Below are positions 32,730-38,058 of a stretch of DNA of 38,058 nucleotides, piece by piece (within the stretch, counting starts at the first letter, position 1; each line of letters starts with the position of its first letter). Location of the stretch: assembly GCA_022867325.1 (NCBI GenBank), contig JALHUR010000013.1:1-38058 (forward strand), given 5' to 3'. Made by a program: the position numbers and the translations under genes. This DNA is from Candidatus Aminicenantes bacterium. GTDB taxonomy: Bacteria; Acidobacteriota; Aminicenantia; Aminicenantales; JAFGBC01. The notes beneath the pieces were generated by a model, which saw nothing but the letters and a program-made list of their open reading frames with translations, was not told the DNA's origin and made no database searches.

Positions 32730-32757
32730 TTGATTCCTCCCCGAAACGTGCTAAAAT
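32730..32757 (+). promoter_or_regulatory. Promoter for tRNA-Ser(GCT)
   Basis: TTGATT-16 nt-TAAAAT with an extended TG. Confidence 0.5.
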
Positions 32758-32777
32758 AACTCCGCTTTTCAGGCCGC

Positions 32778-32871
<94 letters not shown>

Positions 32872-32953
32872 GTTCTCCCCCCCGCGACGCAGTTTCGACC
32901 CTAGGCTTGTCTATTCCGGCCTTTTCCATTATCCTTTAAGCAAAGGAGCGATC

Positions 32954-34921
32954 ACGATCCGCCATCGAAACGCGTTGCGTTTTGTCTGCTGTGTCTGGGC
33001 TTATTTGCTGGCAGCGGCTCCCGCTCCCGGGCAGGATGAGGAAAGCCTCCAGGAACTCCAGAAGCTCCTCAAAACCCGTATCAGCACGGCCGCCAAATAC
33101 GAGCAGCTCGCCGGCGACGCCCCGGCCTCCGTCGCCATCGTCGGCTCGGAGGAGATCCGGCGATACGGATTCCGGACCCTGGACGAGGTCCTCCGGATCG
33201 TCCCCGGATTCGCCGCGAGCTACGACCGGAATTATGCTTACCTCGGCGTCCGGGGCTTCGGCCGTCCCACCGACTACAACGACCGGGTCCTTCTGCTCCT
33301 CAACGGGAACGCCCTGAACGAAGGGATGTACGGCAGCGCCGCGATCGGAACGGACCTGGGGCTGGACCTTGGGGCCGTCGAGCGGATCGAGATCGTGCGC
33401 GGTCCGGCCTCCGCCCTGTATGGGACCGGGGCGATGTTTTGCGTCATCAACATCGTTTCCAAGAAAGGGAGCGACCTCAACGGGTTTCGCATGTCGGCCG
33501 AGGTTGGGAGCTTCGGGCGGACCGGTATGTCGGCCGCGTTCGGAAAAAAGTTGGCGGATGGGACCGATATCCTGCTGGCAGCCCAGTTTTCCGACGTCAA
33601 GGGGCGGGACCTCTACTTCAAGGAATTCGACGATCCCGAAACCGACGGAGGATGGGCTCGGGGACTGGACTGGGACGTCAACTTCGGCCTTAACGCGAGG
33701 CTCGTCCGGGGCGGCTTGACGTTCCAGGCCATGGCCGCGTCACGCGGGAAGGGCATTCCGACCGCCCCCTGGGACACCGTCTTTGACGACCCTCGGGCCA
33801 AGACGCTGGACGTTAGGAGCGTGCTCGAACTCCGCTATGACCTCGATCTCGGGGCGGCCTGGATGGTCGGGCTGCGGAGCTATTACAATCATTGTCTATA
33901 TGAAGGCTATTATTCTTACGGATATCTCAACAGGGACGAGACAACCGCCGAAAAGCTGGGCGGGGAGATCCAACTTCGCTGGGACCCGAGCTCGGAGCAC
34001 CGTTTATTCGCCGGCGTCGAATATCAGAACCATCTCCGGGCCGATTATCGCAACTGGGATCCCCAGACGGTCAATTTCGACGGGAATTTTCCCTACCGGA
34101 TCTGGTCGCTGTACCTTCAGGATCAGATCAAGATCCGCTCGAACCTCTCCCTGACCCTGGGGCTGCGCCGGGACGAATATTCGACGGCCGGGAGTTCGAC
34201 GACGCCCCGGCTCGCTCTCGTCTATCATCCCTGGGCGGACGGCACCTTCAAGCTCCTCTACGGGGAGGCCTTCCGGGCGCCCAATCCCTACGAAGTTCAT
34301 TACGAGCTCCCGAGCGAAGGCTATAAGTCGAACCCGGGACTCCGGCCGGAAAAAATCAGATCCTTCGAGGCTATCTGGGAGCAGAAGTTGGGCCGCCCTC
34401 TGCTCGGCTTCGTCAACGTCTACCGCTACATCCTGTCCGGCCTGATCGACCAGGCGCCGGACCCTGCCGACGGGCTCCTCCAGTTCCGGAACTTGGGGAA
34501 GGTCCGGGCGGCCGGGGTCGAGCTGGGGCTGACCAGCCGTTGGGCGAGCGGCGTCTGGGCCCAAGCGTCCTATGCCTTTCAGTCGGCCGAAGACGCGGCG
34601 ACCGGAGCCAAGCTGACCAATGCCCTCACCCATGTCTTCAAGGCCGGCCTGTCCTGCCCCGTCTTTAAACTCGGTTTCGTCTCGATTCAGCTCCTGGCCG
34701 AATCGGAGCGGCTGACCGTGGCCCGGACCGCGACGAAACCCTTCCGGCTCGCCGACCTGGCGTTTGTCTCGGGCGATCGCCTGGAGCCGTTCAGGATCTC
34801 GGTCAGAATCCGCAATATTTTTAACGAGACCTACGCGCTGCCCGGAGGATTCGAGCACCGGATGCCCGCCATCGTCCAGGATCCCAGGAATTATTCCGTG
34901 AAGCTCGAATACCTCTTTTAG
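32954..34921 (+). CDS. TonB-dependent receptor (start uncertain: ACG 32954 or TTG 32975)
   Basis: Plug motifs DAPASVAIV..EEI..YG.RTL and VERIEIVRGPASALYG.GA...VINI, beta-barrel strands, NIFNETY, C-terminal Phe. The ORF-track start at 32792 lies inside a tRNA and is not credible. Confidence 0.9.
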   Translation, partial: TIRHRNALRFVCCVWAYLLAAAPAPGQDEESLQELQKLLKTRISTAAKYEQLAGDAPASVAIVGSEEIRRYGFRTLDEVLRIVPGFAASYDRNYAYLGVRGFGRPTDYNDRVLLLLNGNALNEGMYGSAAIGTDLGLDLGAVERIEIVRGPASALYGTGAMFCVINIVSKKGSDLNGFRMSAEVGSFGRTGMSAAFGKKLADGTDILLAAQFSDVKGRDLYFKEFDDPETDGGWARGLDWDVNFGLNARLVRGGLTFQAMAASRGKGIPTAPWDTVFDDPRAKTLDVRSVLELRYDLDLGAAWMVGLRSYYNHCLYEGYYSYGYLNRDETTAEKLGGEIQLRWDPSSEHRLFAGVEYQNHLRADYRNWDPQTVNFDGNFPYRIWSLYLQDQIKIRSNLSLTLGLRRDEYSTAGSSTTPRLALVYHPWADGTFKLLYGEAFRAPNPYEVHYELPSEGYKSNPGLRPEKIRSFEAIWEQKLGRPLLGFVNVYRYILSGLIDQAPDPADGLLQFRNLGKVRAAGVELGLTSRWASGVWAQASYAFQSAEDAATGAKLTNALTHVFKAGLSCPVFKLGFVSIQLLAESERLTVARTATKPFRLADLAFVSGDRLEPFRISVRIRNIFNETYALPGGFEHRMPAIVQDPRNYSVKLEYLF

Positions 34922-34928
34922 AGATCCG

Positions 34929-35498
34929 ATGAGGACCCTGCGGCCGGCCGCCCTGTTGTTGCTGGCGGTCGTGCTGTCCTCCGGCCAGGAGCCGGCCGTC
35001 CCGGTCGAGCTCCAGTATGACCTTATGATCAAGGTCTTGACCTTTGACCGCAACCTCAGAAGCCGGGTCGGCGCCGAGATCGTCATCGGGATTCCCTACC
35101 AGAAGTCCGTTCGCGAATCCGTCGCCGCCAAGGACGCCCTCCTCAAGGTCATCCGGACATCGGGCCCCTCGCCCTGGGACGACCTTTCCGTCCGCGCGGT
35201 CGCCTTCGAGCTCGACGATCCCAACGATTTGGACGAAATCTTCGGGCGGGAGGGGATCGACATCCTTTATATCCCGCCCCTCCGGGCGTTCGACGTCAGG
35301 GCCATCGTACCCGTCTGCAACGCCAGGCGGGTTCTAAGCTTCACGGGCCTCCCCGATTACCTTAAAGCGGGGGTCTCGATCGGATTCGACCTCAAGGAGG
35401 AAAGGCCCGAGATCCTGGTCAACCTGGTCAGCGCCCGTCTGGCCGGCGCCGACTTCAGTTCGAAGCTGCTGAGACTCGTCCGCGTGGTAGAGGAGTGA
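34929..35498 (+). CDS. YfiR/HmsC (DUF4154) family periplasmic protein
   Basis: Signal peptide, KVLTFDRNL, VLSFT...Y..AGVSIGF, ILVNL..ARLAGADFSSKLLRLVRVV C-terminal signature. Confidence 0.82.
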   Translation: MRTLRPAALLLLAVVLSSGQEPAVPVELQYDLMIKVLTFDRNLRSRVGAEIVIGIPYQKSVRESVAAKDALLKVIRTSGPSPWDDLSVRAVAFELDDPNDLDEIFGREGIDILYIPPLRAFDVRAIVPVCNARRVLSFTGLPDYLKAGVSIGFDLKEERPEILVNLVSARLAGADFSSKLLRLVRVVEE

Positions 35499-37703
35499 AT
35501 GAAGATCATGGCCGCGCCGTCGTTCCTCGCCCCCCGCCGAATCAGCATCAAGCTCATCCTTGTCCTGATGCCCCTCGTTTTGGCCTTCAGTCTCTTGATC
35601 GTCCTGCTGGGCCCGCGCTACTTCCGGATCCAAGCTATCCACGAGCTCGAATACAAGTCGCTCAGCATCGCGGAGATGACTGCCTACAGCCTGGCCCCGG
35701 CCCTCTACCTCAACGACCGGCCGACGATCGACGAGGTCATCTCCAGCGTCCGGAAAAGCCCCGACCTGGACTACCTGGTCGTTTCAGACGGTTCTGCTAA
35801 GCCGCCGGCCTCCTACGGCCTCGAAGCCGCTGTCCGCTCCCGCTACCTGGAGATCGAGCGGGCCGGGATTTCGGCCGATGGCCTGGTCTACGGCGTCAAG
35901 GTCCCGGTCATCTACAACGACAGGAAGCTGGGCGATCTCCACCTCGGTTTCTCGATGAAGAGGGTTTATGAATTTATCGGAAACCTCAAGCGGACCCTCG
36001 CCCTGGTCGGGCTCGCTTTCTTCGTCATCGGGCTCGCCGCCGTTTTCCTGATCAGCAATGCCATTGCCGGGCCCTTGCGCCGCATGGCCCAGACGGCCGG
36101 CCGGATCGTCGAGGGAGATCTGACCCGGCGGGCCGACGTCTCCTCCCGGGACGAGACGGGCGATCTGGCCAGGTCCTTCAACACGATGGTCGATCACCTC
36201 GAAACGGCCCGCCGGACCCTCGAGCAGAGGGTCGAGGAGCGGACCCGTGAATTGAAAACGGTCGCCGACGCCCTCCGCGAAAGCGAGGAGCTGTTCCGGA
36301 GCATGGTCCAGTCGATGGGCGAAGGGGTCGGGATCGTGGACCCCGACGAGAAATTCATCTTCGCCAACGCCGCCGCCCACGCGATCTTCGGCCTGTCCGA
36401 AGGCCGGCTGATCGGCCTCGGTCTGGACGAGTTTATGACGGACGAACAGTTCGCGCTCATGCAGGAACAGACCCGGGCCCGCCGGCGCGGCCAGAAATCG
36501 GCCTACGAGGTCGAGATCAAATCGGCGGACGGGAAGAGCCGCACTCTTCATGTTTCGGCCATCACCCGCTTCGACCGGGACGGAACCTTCACCGGAACGC
36601 TGGGCGTTTTCTCCGACGTCAGCGAACGGAAATGGACCGAAATATCCTTGCGGGAAGCCAACGAGAGGCTCAGGCTGAGCGTCAAGGAACTGGAGGCCCG
36701 GACGGCCGAAATGACCTTCCTCAGCGAACTCTACGACTCCTTCCAAAGCTGCAAGAAAGAAGACGAGATCTATGAGTACTCAGCCCAGTTCGCCCGGAAG
36801 CTTTTCCCGGAGACCGGCGGAACCCTCTTCATTTTCAATGCCTCCCGGAATGTGCTCGAAGCGGTCGCCCGCTGGGGCGACGCCGCGCCGGTCCCGGAAT
36901 TCATGCTGGAGGACGATTGTTGGGGCCTGCGGCGGGGGAAAGCCTACGTCATGGATAATCCATCGACCCAACTCATCTGCCGGCACGTCGAACAATCCGG
37001 CCGGACGCCCGCGGCAACTATCTGCGAGCCCGTCGTCTCGGGCGGGCAGATGATGGGGCTTCTCTATTTAGAGGGATTGCCGGCCGCGTCCGGCGCCAGG
37101 ACCGATTTCGCCCGGAGGCTCTGGGCCCAGCTCGCGGCGAACTTTAGGGAGCGGATCTCGCTGGCCCTCAGCAACCTCCGCCTGAGCGAGAAGCTCCTCC
37201 AGCAGTCCATCCGGGATCCGCTGACGAACTTATTCAACCGGCGCTACATGGAGGAAACCCTCGAGCGCGAGATCTTCCGGGCAACGCGGTCCCAGCTTCC
37301 GCTCGGCGTCATCATGATCGACATCGATCATTTTAAAAGCTTCAACGACAGCTACGGCCATGAAGCCGGAGACGCCATGCTCAAGGCCATCGCCGCTTTC
37401 CTCCAGGATCAGGTCCGCAAAGAGGATGTCGCCTGCCGCTTCGGGGGGGAGGAGTTCACCCTGATCATGCCCGGCGCCGGCCTCCCGATCGTCCTGTCGC
37501 GAGCCCAATTCCTCCTGGAGCAGGCCCGCCTTGTTCATATTCCTTTCGCCGGGGGGGCGCTCGGTCCGGTGACGCTCTCCCTGGGCGTCGCCATGTTCCC
37601 GGAGCAGGGCCGGACGGGCGGCCTGGTCATTCATGCCGCGGACGAAGCCCTGCTCAAGGCCAAGCGTTCGGGTCGGAACCGGGTCGTCGTCAGCGACCGT
37701 TGA
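35499..37703 (+). CDS. Membrane diguanylate cyclase (periplasmic sensor-HAMP-PAS-GAF-GGDEF)
   Basis: Two TM helices, HAMP (PLRRMA...DETGDLARSFNTM), PAS/PAC, GAF (DDCWGLRRG), DPLTNLFNRR, DIDHFKSFND.YGH, RKED I-site, GGEEF. Confidence 0.93.
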   Translation: MKIMAAPSFLAPRRISIKLILVLMPLVLAFSLLIVLLGPRYFRIQAIHELEYKSLSIAEMTAYSLAPALYLNDRPTIDEVISSVRKSPDLDYLVVSDGSAKPPASYGLEAAVRSRYLEIERAGISADGLVYGVKVPVIYNDRKLGDLHLGFSMKRVYEFIGNLKRTLALVGLAFFVIGLAAVFLISNAIAGPLRRMAQTAGRIVEGDLTRRADVSSRDETGDLARSFNTMVDHLETARRTLEQRVEERTRELKTVADALRESEELFRSMVQSMGEGVGIVDPDEKFIFANAAAHAIFGLSEGRLIGLGLDEFMTDEQFALMQEQTRARRRGQKSAYEVEIKSADGKSRTLHVSAITRFDRDGTFTGTLGVFSDVSERKWTEISLREANERLRLSVKELEARTAEMTFLSELYDSFQSCKKEDEIYEYSAQFARKLFPETGGTLFIFNASRNVLEAVARWGDAAPVPEFMLEDDCWGLRRGKAYVMDNPSTQLICRHVEQSGRTPAATICEPVVSGGQMMGLLYLEGLPAASGARTDFARRLWAQLAANFRERISLALSNLRLSEKLLQQSIRDPLTNLFNRRYMEETLEREIFRATRSQLPLGVIMIDIDHFKSFNDSYGHEAGDAMLKAIAAFLQDQVRKEDVACRFGGEEFTLIMPGAGLPIVLSRAQFLLEQARLVHIPFAGGALGPVTLSLGVAMFPEQGRTGGLVIHAADEALLKAKRSGRNRVVVSDR

Positions 37704-37720
37704 CCGTCTTTCGCCTTGCC

Positions 37721-37749
37721 TTGACTTTTAAGATGAGGTCTTTTACCAT
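37721..37749 (+). promoter_or_regulatory. Sigma70-type promoter
   Basis: TTGACT-17 nt-TACCAT upstream of the last gene. Confidence 0.5.
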
Positions 37750-37830
37750 TCTTCCGGCCGTGATGCCCCCTACCATTGCTACTCAACTCAATCCCGGCTC
37801 CCATCCTTTTCTAGTGACAGGAGGACTCCG

Positions 37831-38058
37831 TTGAAGCTAAGCCCGTCCTGGAAGCTTTTCATTCTGGCCCTGGTCTCGATCGGCTCGGCCGGCTGTGCGC
37901 CCAAACCCTTGTCGACGGACGGCTATGCTGAAGTCCTGGCCGCCTTCCGGGAGCCGCCGTCCGAATACCGGAGCGCGCCGCTCTGGGTTTGGAATGAGCG
38001 GGTAACCGAGACGGCCATCGACGAGCAACTGGCCGACTTCAAGGCCAAGGGAATCGGC
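37831..38058 (+). CDS. Glycoside hydrolase lipoprotein (GH106/alpha-L-rhamnosidase-like N-terminus), partial
   Basis: AGGAGG then TTG. MKLSPSWKLFILALVSIGSAGC (lipobox-like)...FREPPSEYRSAPLWVWNERV.....EQLADFKAKGIG. Runs off the window. Not in the ORF track. Confidence 0.8.
   Translation, partial: MKLSPSWKLFILALVSIGSAGCAPKPLSTDGYAEVLAAFREPPSEYRSAPLWVWNERVTETAIDEQLADFKAKGIG

Overview
GC-rich bacterial window. The gene content (TolB-like/TPR Ser/Thr kinase, M14 and M28 peptidases, Alu-type large SRP RNA) suggests an Aminicenantes/Acidobacteriota-like organism; this is inference only. Core-type content: serS, two tRNA-Ser genes, SRP RNA, cob(I)alamin adenosyltransferase, DapA-family aldolase, zincin, GH2 beta-galactosidase, OmpA-family protein and peptidases. 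Accessory content: an AbiEi/AbiEii type IV TA pair sitting between the two ends of a broken histidine kinase gene; a thioester alpha-2-macroglobulin with an extra domain in its bait region; an FG-GAP propeller protein; an AT-richer 3-gene island between serS and tRNA-Ser with IS91-like relics; and a TonB-dependent receptor-YfiR-diguanylate cyclase operon. The most striking signal is a 108-nt ORF-less multi-hairpin element present twice (13934-14041 and 28699-28848). It inserts after T(T/C)GAC, ends in TTGAC and has a length divisible by 3. One copy is nested in a REP-like palindrome. The other lies in frame inside a CDS and carries an extra 42-nt hairpin containing stop-GAGGAG-ATG. All family assignments come from motif recognition by eye, not from database searches.
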